Assembly: GCA_002633005.1 (NCBI GenBank)
Contig: NMRA01000058.1
Coordinates: 1 to 64,000, forward strand
Reading direction: 5' to 3'
Source of the DNA: Phoronis australis
Lineage: Eukaryota > Animalia > Phoronida
DNA length: 64,000 bases
A program made the position numbers and the translations under genes. The notes under the pieces are model-generated. The model was not told where the DNA came from and did no database searches. It worked only from the letters and a program-made list of their open reading frames with translations. This document shows positions 26,001 through 35,758 of this stretch, piece by piece (the first letter of the stretch is position 1; each line of letters opens with the position of its first letter).

Positions 26001-28739
26001 ACTGACCCTTTCATTATAACGATCTCTCTTCTCTTCTTGTTGCTTCACCTCATACAGATAATCTTCTCTGGTCTTTTCTTTTATGCCAATTCTGCAAAAA
26101 ACAGGCAAATCATAAAAGATCAATCACTTATGCATCTCATGAAGTTCAAATCCTGAGAAGAATCACTCAAGCCATTTGCGGCAGAATATTCATCAATCAT
26201 AGCCCTTTGTAATTCAAGTCACAGCTGCTAAACTTGATCTCTGTGATGTTGGAGAAAAGTTACTCACATGTTCTTTTGCTTAACTCATGTCAAACACATC
26301 TCCCAAGCCAAGATGAATCATAATCAGCTTCCAAAGTTCACTGGGAGCTTTTACGAAATTTATTTAGCCGTAAGCAATTATAAAAACAATTGTCATTTGT
26401 CCACAGTTCAATAAAAATGCAGAATGTGCCTAAAAATAAAAATAAAAATAAAAATATGAAGATCTCACTTCTCAATCATACAGGAAAAAATAAAGTAATC
26501 AGACAATACTGTTTCCCTATCATAACGACTTGTTATGTTTACAACAAAAAAGACATGTAATGTCAATTACAGTATCAAACTTCTACAAGAGATTACAAAA
26601 CATTTTATAATGTACATGTATATGACAGTGCATATGTTTATAATTTCATACATATTTCATTGAAGACATGACTGTTCTGTTTTTACGAGTTTAATTTCAG
26701 TTCTTTCATTAAACTCTCGAAATAGAGATCTTGTCTTTACATCACAACAGTGCAATAAAAATCCAATTGACATCTGTAGGTAACATAATTTACAAAGCCA
26801 TATTTGGAGACGCATATCTCATCTTCAGGCAACAATTTACTATAGTTGAGAGTGAAACGCACATCAGAAATGACAAATGCAACATAGCACGTGAAGTTGG
26901 CATGCGCAACTATGACACACATATACACATACATGCTTTGCAGTGCACCTAAATAGTGATAGAGTCCTTCGAGTTGCAGTTATCTGCTCATTCAAACTTG
27001 TTGGTATTTCAAACATAATTAGAAGCGACTCTAATGTTTGTAACCTGACTTTTGAGTACATCATTCTCAATGTAGTGAATAACTGTATTGTCAAAAATCT
27101 CCTGACTAGTTACCTTGCCACCATGAACGGTTTGAATTTATGGAGCCATTTTGCAAATGCATTGAAAGTCGCCGTGACAACGAACACACTGTGTGCCCTG
27201 TGTAGTTTTGTTTCTGATGAGGACAAAAACATTCGACCGTGGGACAAGTAAACTCATAAACAACATTACATCTAGCAACAGTGGGGACCTTATCACGACT
27301 AATATTGTTTCTCATCACTAAATTAGAGGTCTTCATATTCTTGTAATAAATAATTACATCTAGTTTGTCTTTAGGATTAAAAACTCTTACATTATTATAG
27401 ATTATGTTCTTTAGAATTTTCTCATCTTGTACATAATTTTTGGACATACAGATCTCTATTTTGAGAGTTAGAAAGAACTGAAATTAAACTCATAAAAACA
27501 ACAGAGTCGTGTCTTACAGACAAATTATAGTGATTTCAAGCTATATTACATATATCTACATGTAGATGTATATATGTAGATTGTAGATTTATAGATATGT
27601 ATGTGTGTCTATATTATTATTATATTTTAAGTCAAAATTTCATTTTTAAGAAACGTACATTCCTAGCAAAGTAACCCCTTGGTCGAATGAAATCATGATA
27701 TCCTTTTCAAATTAAAAGACTGAGGTTATCACTTAATTATTTGCCTGATGAAAACTTGCCTTAACCATGTTCGCTATTTCAGCATTCACTCGCAATGTCA
27801 ACTGAATTTGCAATGCGTAATTAACTCAATTATCAACAAACTGTTTTAATTTTGTGCAACAAGGGATTTCATGTATCTCGAATTAACAAGGTCAAAAGGC
27901 GGGGCCAGCAGTAGGTAGACCAATAGTTCATTGTATACATACTATGCACTGGGGAGAATATCAAGAAACCAAGTACCAAATGGACAATAGGAACGTAGTC
28001 GGTGATTAAAGCGCATCAAGAGCACGAGATGGAAACAGCAAAATGCAAAATTACCAATCGAATTAATGAATTTCAGGGAGGATTTTTTAACAACTTGTCA
28101 TGTTGGTGAACAAAAAGTCACTGAGGTGGTGCAGCAATTCGAACTCGGTGCATTCGTTCTCAACAGTAATATGCATGCAGACGCACATTACTCCCTCAGG
28201 ATAAAAACTGTATTTTATCTTGAATAATTTTCCACAGCATACTCAATATTATGGCAACTTGCCTGGTGCCGGGAGATTCGATTTGAGTGACAGCCTTGTA
28301 ACCTTTGACCTCGGTAGTACTGTAGTAAACAAATTTCCACACTGTTGAAAATGGTTGAACTAAATCTTTTTTCTCTACATGGTATAAATTTCATATTTGA
28401 AGTTTCCTGAGAGAAGATAGGGTATTTTGCTAGACATATGCAAAATATTGAAAAAAAATTATGAATAAGGTTTGAGATATCGTTTACTCCCCTTCAGTGT
28501 CGGTGTTGGGGGAAGGCTTTTCTGATGAAAAGTTCAGCTTCCACCTAGCTATCATGAGGGAGAATACTTCGTTATTTTGTCAGAATACTTTTGGCAAGCA
28601 CTGTATTCTAGAGCACCAATAACACAGTCTTAACAGCAACTTACTGATAAGCAAGGATGGCTTCTTTGAAAGTCATCTGAGGTTCTTTAGCTTTCTTCCC
28701 CTTCCCCTTTCCTTTGCCACTTTTCTTTTTCTTTCCCAT
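12613..28739 (-). CDS. CCDC83: Coiled-coil domain-containing protein 83-like, complete spliced CDS (11 coding exons, ~430 aa)
   Basis: Exons 28739-28645, 26091-26007, 24626-24458, 23397-23230, 20348-20257, 19813-19745, 17602-17481, 16296-16184, 15747-15664, 15192-15092, 12807-12613. All are GT-AG with consistent phases. Motifs EAILAYQ, RYNERNERLKQEQ, YWRDYK, DNDWMKNE, CRIEDLKVSRNFYLTQ and DFLNLGPLELKLL match my recollection of vertebrate CCDC83 (EALLDYQ, KYHERNSRLKEEQ, ENDWLKKE, CRLVDLKIPRRLYLTQ, DYVNLGPLGVKLM). Confidence 0.88.
15092..15192 (-). CDS. CCDC83: CCDC83 coding exon 10
   Basis: GEEFYDGHADDDDDDTSLDLYENYFTGFAEEEYE; AG acceptor, GTAATG donor; phase 1 to 0. Confidence 0.8.
15664..15747 (-). 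CDS. CCDC83: CCDC83 coding exon 9
   Basis: AVRPKSATSKYIEEKVFSLSPVKEGDV; TTTTAG acceptor, GTAAGG donor; phase 1 to 1. Confidence 0.75.
16184..16296 (-). CDS. CCDC83: CCDC83 coding exon 8 (donor may instead give an exon end at 16154)
   Basis: RNFYLTQFEDDDTLEDGGILEMDLSKVSIKSKEEASCA; two phase-compatible donors (GTCAGC, GTATGG). Confidence 0.75.
16440..17300 (-). mobile_element. Degenerate HINE/DINE-1-like (Helentron-associated) repeat copy
   Basis: Same monomer blocks (AAAATTGCCACT..., AAATTTTATGAAAATAC, GATACAGCCATGGGCGCAAAAA) as 18020-19490 and the reverse complement of 48413-49308. Confidence 0.7.
17481..17602 (-). CDS. CCDC83: CCDC83 coding exon 7
   Basis: REIHIEELNELKRTVEMLEHRNLEIMSELFECRIEDLKVS; TTTCAG acceptor, GTAAGT donor. 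Confidence 0.87.
18020..19490 (-). mobile_element. HINE/DINE-1-like non-autonomous Helentron element with internal tandem ~150-bp monomers
   Basis: 3' end GTTGAAATGCGCCCAC at ~18033-18048 is the reverse complement of the 50374-50389 end. GGAC/AGAC microsatellite at ~19450-19475. The monomers match 48.5-49.3 kb. Confidence 0.8.
19745..19813 (-). CDS. CCDC83: CCDC83 coding exon 6
   Basis: KAMGTLDKHARQEVLDNDWMKNE; TTTTAG acceptor, GTAAGT donor. Confidence 0.87.
20257..20348 (-). CDS. CCDC83: CCDC83 coding exon 5
   Basis: GRLEKGLSVAKEEIIKYTEETLDKQKFIASE; TTACAG acceptor, GTTTGT donor. Confidence 0.85.
20583..20720 (+). mobile_element. tRNA-derived SINE, degenerate copy
   Basis: Homologous to the 23905-24045 and 44560-44690 copies (CACACTGCTAGAC...CAGG...AGCT...CTCAG...TAACTATAT). 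Confidence 0.55.
20960..21975 (-). mobile_element. Degenerate HINE-family copy
   Basis: Repeated GCCACYAGGKG and CCAAATTTCATGAAAAT monomer blocks as in 18020-19490. Confidence 0.7.
22905..23194. mobile_element. Non-autonomous DNA transposon end, Kolobok-like (related pieces ~24765-24945, ~27625-27690, ~56115-56351); contains an (AAT)n microsatellite at 22993-23050
   Basis: Shared TTTTACTAGTTGACAWAGCCT...AAGGTTTGAGATAACMTTAA. Termination at TTAA suggests Kolobok or piggyBac type (inference). Confidence 0.6.
23230..23397 (-). CDS. CCDC83: CCDC83 coding exon 4
   Basis: AMKKEIKQKESDTGRLRKDVMYWRDYKDKGQHEHRKQIELLEKELQDMQESCDEMV; TCTTAG acceptor, GTGAGT donor. Confidence 0.88.
23905..24045 (-). 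mobile_element. tRNA-derived SINE
   Basis: The minus strand reads GGAGGCAGTGTTGGCTAGTG (A-box-like)...GGTGCGAGTCC (B-box-like), then a shared body and an A/T tail. Two further copies occur in the window. Confidence 0.7.
24458..24626 (-). CDS. CCDC83: CCDC83 coding exon 3
   Basis: NERLKQEQLVHIKNLLRQAKEH...MMEKWEAGKVEEQNLS; TTCTAG acceptor, GTCAGT donor. Confidence 0.88.
26007..26091 (-). CDS. CCDC83: CCDC83 coding exon 2
   Basis: IGIKEKTREDYLYEVKQQEEKRDRYNER; TTGCAG acceptor, GTCAGT donor. Confidence 0.87.
26732..27449 (-). mobile_element. Penelope-like retroelement 3' fragment (frameshifted GIY-YIG endonuclease plus degenerate hammerhead motif)
   Basis: NVVYEFTCP...YTGHT...LSRRLSMHLQNGSI then LQTLESLLI...SLNEQ, typical of the PLE GIY-YIG domain. 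CTGAAGATGAGA-TATGCG-TCTCCAAA follows on the minus strand at ~26828-26803. Confidence 0.85.
28645..28739 (-). CDS. CCDC83: CCDC83 coding exon 1 (start codon)
   Basis: ACCATGG context; MGKKKKSGKGKGKGKKAKEPQMTFKEAILAY; GTAAGT donor. An acceptor at 28759-28758 implies an upstream 5'UTR exon (candidate donor GTAAGG at 28997-28992). Confidence 0.87.
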
Positions 28740-29217
28740 GGTGTCGTAAAAAATTAACTGAAATAAAAACTATGTGTTACAGTTATTTTATGAGTTTCAT
28801 TACAATCCAGCATCAGGAAATGTTCCAACTCCATTTGCCTTGCAACAATGTGGGTAACAACCTTATAAGTGGAATGATGAAATATCAAAATATAATCACA
28901 GCACAAATCTTTCAAATTGCACCAGATATTTTCCCATACTTTTGCAAGTGACACGCGCCAGATCACGCGCATTGTTCAGTCTCCAGCTTTCCCTTACCTA
29001 ACTCAGGCGACGTCAACTGAAATATTTTGTGGTTATTACGCGCCGTGAAAAAGTTAACAGCAACCAAAAAAGTGGAGTTACAATTCTTTGCCGAAGTCAT
29101 ATAATTCCCATAGACATGGTACATTGCTATCAAACTTTGCTGTTAAATTACGATCATTTTACAGAAAATTATGCATAAATCCTATGGCAAAACTCGCCGA
29201 CTGACTGCCTCGCAATC

Positions 29218-29231
29218 GTCGATATGGCAAC
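29218..29231. promoter_or_regulatory. Candidate RFX X-box upstream of the CCDC83 putative 5'UTR exon
   Basis: GTCGATATGGCAAC has one good half-site of GTTGCCATGGCAAC. It is only a partial match, about 220 bp from the putative first-exon donor. Confidence 0.3.
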
Positions 29232-30992
29232 TTATATAGGACCCAAGTTATTTAGATTTTAGAATACATGCATTGCAATATTCAAAATACGTTTATTATA
29301 GCTCTTAACAAGCTGTAAAATGACATTTTTTAATTTCATTGTGCTCATTATTTTGTCATCCGTCAAACTGGAAATTTCCGAGATGTGATCTGCGGCGTGC
29401 ACGTATGTATACAAAACACGCGATTGTTATGTTCCCGAAGTACGAACATTAAGAAACTTTAGCATGCCGTTATTATTGACAGGGACACAATAAAAGGAAT
29501 TTGGATTTTTACTATAGTCTTGATACAGCGAGCTGGCTGACTATAGGTACCACTACATCAGTGTCTCCGTTAGATCCAGAAATTTCACACAGCCCGGGTA
29601 GTTCACCTTGTCACCTCATCCCCAACATGTAGATCTAGCCTAGGACTATTAAATATTTTACTCCACGGTAGAGCTAACGACTGTCGGCCTGTGTACACAA
29701 AATCTGTGAGTTAACCGGCACTCACCTTTCATGCTGCAGCCGTTTAAGTGAAAAACAATCTAATAATTTGTTTTTAAAAATGATCGTAATTTAACAACAC
29801 AGTTTGATAGCAATGCACCACAATTTTGTAGAAAGACTGTCATAGGCTACAAATATGTCACAGAGTGTAAATTTGATAAATCCTAGCTTCTGATTTTACC
29901 CGTTTCATAAACCGGGTTTCAACTGCCTTGGGCTACAATAAGCGTCCCCTCCCCGTGAAATGAATTTTTCTAAGCACCCGGTATACAGCTTTCCACCAAG
30001 GTTAGGTGATGCTACGACATATTCTTTGTTGCTTGTACGGATTGTTGCCATTTTTTTCTTGTTTCCATAGCATAATGATGGCAGAAATGAAAATGTTGCA
30101 AATTTGAATTTTAATGTTTGCATAATCCAGAAAATTAGAGGTCGGTAAACCAAGTGTTTTAAAACATTTTCGGTGAAAGACTAGCAGAAGATGCCCCACT
30201 TTTTCAAAATTGCCATGAAGGTATTAACTATTCCATGCAGCATTATTTAACTGGTCTTGGCTACTTATCATTTTATGGCCTGGTCACCCATTCAGCCAAA
30301 AGTAGTTCCATAGCCATAGGTGGCTTATCAGCCAATTATTCACGCATGCTGGTCGACTCACAATAGAAGCCTGATAAGAGTGAAAATGGATAAAAGCGGT
30401 GTTCCTATAGTTTCTTGTGGTAGTCCAGTAGTGGATGTGTTCACTACATGTTGGGTTTGACTGCGTTCACCGGTGGTCCATAATAAGCCTGGTAGATAAC
30501 CAGTCTGCTTGTTGTCATACCAGACAAGACTGTGCTTGGCAGTTAACAAAGAAGCTAGATGTCACTGAACGGAAAAACGACGTCATGTGTTGGTTGCTCT
30601 GCTGTGCGTGAACTTGAAATCCTGCCTAATCTCAAGATTGTGTATGCGTGAACTTGGAATTGAATATTCTTTAAGGCAAATAGGTGACATCCTTGTTCGG
30701 TGAAAAGAATTTATAAATATACAGCTTTGCACCTATGTGGGTAAAAAAGTGGTATGATAAAATCTAACACAAAATTAGTGTCATTAAAAACTACAGTCTT
30801 CCTTGAGTAAACTAAATTATTTAACGGTGTTGGCAAAAATGGTGTTCTACCATTATTCTGCTGCTAAAGTTTAGAACGATCTTTAGCAACGGCTTTCGGC
30901 GCCATGAAATATTGCGTCACCTATTGGCCAGTTTCTTTTTTCGCCGATTCTTCAATCAACTGTTCTGCTTTCACGAGGTTGTGTACATGTCA

Positions 30993-31068
30993 CAGCGACG
31001 GATTTAGAGGGGGGGCCAAGGGGGCCATGGCCCCCCTAAAATTCTCCAAGATTCCATTGGGCAGTTCG
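30993..31068. mobile_element. hAT-like MITE end fragment, truncated at an n gap
   Basis: CAGCGACGGATTTAGAGGGGGGGCC...GGCCCCCC resembles the TIR of the 58101-58935 element. Confidence 0.55.
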
Positions 31069-32399
31069 NTCACAACAAATTATCGGAACTGGTTTCACTT
31101 CAGTATAAGTTTTTAGAATTTTGATACCGAAAAAACGAATTTCAGAAGAAATTTTAGCTGCTGCCAAGCTATCATCATCTCCCGAGAGATGTCGCAAAAG
31201 TTTAGGAAATGGCACGTGCACGTGACACGAGCGTATTGGTTTCAAAACGACGACAAACTTTTCATTGTTAGTAAAGGCAGAGAGTTACACAAGAAAATGA
31301 CGTTTATTACATTGTTTTTCACTTAAACGGATGTAAAGGGCAAGGTGAGTTTTGGTTTATTCCCGGATTTTGCATGCACCCCGTCCGGTCTTTAGCTTTA
31401 CACGTTGATACAAGTTTCCCGGCGCGGTGACGAGCAGAACTACCCTGGCTGTGAGCAATTTCGGGGTCTACGGAAGAAATACACACAGTGGTACCTATGC
31501 CGCTGTATTTTGACGACAGTCTTCATACAGCTAGCTGGCTGGCTAACTAAATAATAACCTAACTTCCTAAGAGGGTTAAGAGCTGAATATTGGGTAAAAC
31601 AGTCACTCCATGAGATCTAGAGAGCATTTCAAATGAACGCTTTGGAAAAACTTCGAAATTGTGAATAATAATCGACCAATCAGTACAAGTACTACATTTT
31701 TGGAATCACCCACCGAGGATTCAGAAAACAGTAATATCAAGTATGTACGTTAATGGAGTCGGATTGTAAACAATAACCGAATTTTTACTTCTTTAAATTT
31801 CTATAAATTCAAATATACGAAATCCAACACGCAGGTCGCGTATTTTCGTATTTTACCCTTTGAAAACTGAGTACAAATTACCTACTAGTAAACCATCTGT
31901 TGTCTGTTGTCAGGATCCAGGTAAAAGGGAAACAAATCTAATGCGGTGTGGTTACGTTGCGTAAATACACCAACAAAAGAGGGCGCTACAAGTACTCGTT
32001 AGAGCGGTTGAAGCTGAAGCAAGGTTCAGGTAGTAGCTCAAACGTTCTCTTCACTGGATGTTAGTTACCATACCGAAAGCAGAAGCACGTGCAGTCCCAC
32101 AGTTGCCACAATTTGAGGGACTGTTTGAACTAAATAATAGATTCAAATCTGATCCCAAGACTGCTTTAGACGTGGTGCGAATTTGCCAGCCAGCTAGCTG
32201 TTATTGCCTGGCTAGCTGTGAAGACCATCCTCAAAATATTACTTGTATACGGCTTTGTACCAAGGCTTGGTGCAAATCTGATATTTTTTTGTCTGACATA
32301 GTCTGTAACGAGTATCTATGGTCTGACGAATCATACCGCTAGCTGGCTAGGACCTAGGCAGCCCTGCCCCTGGGCTGAGGTAAAATCTCTGGTAAAATC

Positions 32400-33426
32400 A
32401 GACTATCTATATTATTGCTGAGGATATAAATTGTTAGAACATTGCTAACTCAGCTGCTGAGAGAGGCTCTGCAGAAAGATTTTTAGATAGTCTTGCTCTG
32501 TGGGAGGACAACTGGCTTATGGCTTTCCACTCAGTGTAGTACTGTACTGTCACCCTGACCAGAAAACGCCAAATCCAGCCTGACCTAATGTACTTCACAA
32601 TCACACGCTAAAGTCGGTCAAGCCGGGTCAAGGAGGCTAAATATTTGGGCGTTACCATCTCGCATGACCTCAAATGGTCATCCCACATAAGCAACATCCA
32701 GAAGAAAGCACATAAAACTCTGGGCTTTCTTCGGTGAAACTTGCGTATAAGCAGCCAACGACCTAAGGCGTTTGCGTATAAAATAATGGTTCGACCCACC
32801 TTGGATTACGCCTCTACTGTTTGGAATCCTAATATACCCAAAAAGTCATTGCAGCTGTAGAGAAAGTACAGAGGAGAGCTGATCGCTGGGTCACGAGACG
32901 GTTCTATCCTCTATCCTCTAATGTTAGAAACCTTAAACTGGCCCACCCTCAGCCACAGATACAAAATCTGTCAGCTGAAAATGTTCTACAAATATGATAA
33001 GAAGTCAGTGGTCATCAACTCTGATACCCCTATCGCAGAGCTTACTGTCTCGGGCGGTACCAGAAGGTCATCCATTTACAGTATTCCAATGACACAGGAA
33101 AAGACATTCTTTCCTAGAACAGTCGCAGACTGGAATAGCATGCCAGGCTGCATTACATTGGTCCCTTCTCTTGATATCTTTTTCAGCAAGCTATCTGCCT
33201 TTTTGAAGTAACATAGTGGGTTGCTTCCATGTGGGGCACCCGCTTAGGCGACTGACTGCCTTATCTGTAAACGATGTAGCTATGTTAACCGACCTCTAAA
33301 GTGACGTCCACTATTTATGTATCCTTTTAAACCTGTTATAGTTGCTCTCGTTTTTGTTGATCTTCATTGTTATACAGTGACGTAATACTCTGGAGAGAGT
33401 GTGGTCACTTAAACCAAGAAGAAGAG
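32400..33426 (+). mobile_element. 5'-truncated, decayed non-LTR retrotransposon (CR1/L2 group) 3' end
   Basis: KYLGVTISHDLKWSSHISNIQKKAHKTLGFLR*NL...AYKIMVRPTLDYASTVWNP...MLETLNWPTL...FFPRTVADWN, followed by a 3'UTR and an (AAG)n tail. Confidence 0.85.
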
Positions 33427-35482
33427 GTTGAGGGACTACAGCTTGCTAGCTATATGAAGACTATCGTATATTTAGTATACAACTAAGCCAAGGAGTAGGC
33501 CTATTGCCCTATTGGCTTTCGTTTAATCATTGAACTTAGAACAGAATTTTTGAGCCTGGCACCATGGTGAGGGAAATTTCGCATTATTTGAAATATTTTT
33601 CAAAGCACCAAGGGCCCTGTAAATGTCTCTGAGTATTTGATTATATAAAGAAAGCGACTAGCTTACACGTTTTTGTTCTTATGCGTGCCTTGGTCAGCTT
33701 TAGTGATGTGGCATACTACTAGTTGAGCTGATGATTTATGTAGACCAGCGATTCCAATAAAACCACCAATCGTATCACCATTCAGCTTGTCACATTTTTC
33801 CTGTGAATGGGTGGGCACATGTTTTTACCGACCAGTGCTAATAGCTTTCGGTGCTACGATAGACTGAAGATTGGTTTGAGTTGATCTTTATTAATCTTTT
33901 AAATGGCCTTTTCTTCACAATTAAGGCTACTCACAAACAAAATGTGTTTCATAATGTCTGATATACGCTCCAGCCAGTGCTGAAAGCCTTGACTTGTGAT
34001 GAATTTGTGAGACACTTCCAACATGTGTTACACTCGTTGATTCAGTAACCTGCTGACTATAGGTGTCTCTCTATTCACTAAAGCTGTAACTGCCGATTAT
34101 CTTCACTGCAACTCAACTATAAACTAAAGTGTCTTTCAATTCTAACTCAACTAACCTGTTCCTGAGTATCTATAGTCTCTTACAATGTTCTGGAACTTTT
34201 CATAAATTCAAGCACAAAAGCACATTCTATAACTTTCTGGAATCTGCCCAATCTTTCTACAAACATATACTAGGCTCTAGAATGTTCCAGACTTCCTTAA
34301 TCACTAACGTACTAGAATTGTCTAGAAAATCCCTGCCATTCTATTGTAAACAAAATACAACATTACTATCCTAACCACATGGGTCATGTCAATCAAGTCA
34401 TCTTGAGAATTTCTCGCTTACAGCACTTGGTAACCCCTGAGCTTCATTTTTGCCCTCGGACAACTTTTATAATGCCTATTCGTCAAGCCCTTTGTATTCA
34501 AGCTTATTAGGGTAATCGCTAGCTTTACCTTTTCAACAGTTGTGGTTGTTAATATACCGAAATTGGTTTTCTCTGCCATTTGCTCAGAGTTAGAGCCTAA
34601 AATGTCGAAAGTACAGGTTTGATGCATTTTAGATATTGCAGAATAACTAAAAACAGAAATTTGGGTTTATCTTGACAAAGGGCCATTTCCCAAACGATCG
34701 TTGGTTTTAAATATATGTTTAAAAACTTTTCTTCCTTTTATTTTTTATACTCCAGTCTACTTTGTTTTGTTTACTGCCGGGTGCTATCTTTTGATTGTAT
34801 TTTTAAGCCTGAAGTGCCAAATCAGTGGCATTTTGATCGTCAATGAAACTCAGAAGTCAGCTCTCGCCTACCAATCCACTTCATCTATTGCTCGGATTTC
34901 TCATTGACTTTGAAGCTAGCCATAGTTCATCTTTATGGCACGGGCTTCATCACCAGCTACATTACCGAATATCATAGTATTCTGGTTAGAGTGCTGATGG
35001 ATGATGACTAGCTGTTTTAAAGCTTAAAATTTGTAAAACATTTATTTGGTTATTTTCTTTAGACAAGTATCTATGAAAAAAATTCACTCGTCCACACTTG
35101 TGTCCTGAATTGGTGGGATTGGACCTTACTCTCTTGTTAAGCCAGATGTTGCCATGTTAAGCTTAAAAAATGAAAGTATTACTGGCATAAAACTGACTCA
35201 TAATATTCCTTACTGTGATAGGATTCCATTTCTGTTACCAATCCAAGTCACAGGTAATATGCACATGCGTCATTCAAATTCACAATGTTAGTATTGGCCA
35301 ACCCAAATAAACTCTGAACCATTTTCACTGATGGTTTTGATGGTTTTGTTGGCAGTGAAAATAGAACCCTATCACATGAAGGAATATTGTTGATGAGAGT
35401 AAAAGACCTATTTTAAATTCCGGGGTGTTTTCAAGCTTAAAAGGGTTTAATCTTTAATTTTCATTATTTCCTTCGATTGCAG

Positions 35483-35758
35483 ATGTCAAAATCCACAACC
35501 AAATGGCAGAAGCCAACTGCAGTTCTCAAGCTAAAGAAGAAAAGACGGAGCAGCCATGTTGGAGGGCAGCTCAATCTATCATCAGCGGATGCTGTGAAGT
35601 CAAGAGGCTCTAGTTCAGATAGCAAAAGTACTGCTGTGAAACGACGCAATCCATTCCGTCAAAACAGTAATTGCAAAAGGCAACATCTCAGTGGTGCAAC
35701 AGGCCATGATGCTTTGGCAGACAGTCAGCTATTTTCTGTGTTGAGTAAACTCGAGAGT
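35483..35758 (+). CDS. DONSON: DONSON coding exon 1
   Basis: AG immediately before ATG; [22 protein letters not shown]...KRRNPF; GTAAGT donor. Confidence 0.85.
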
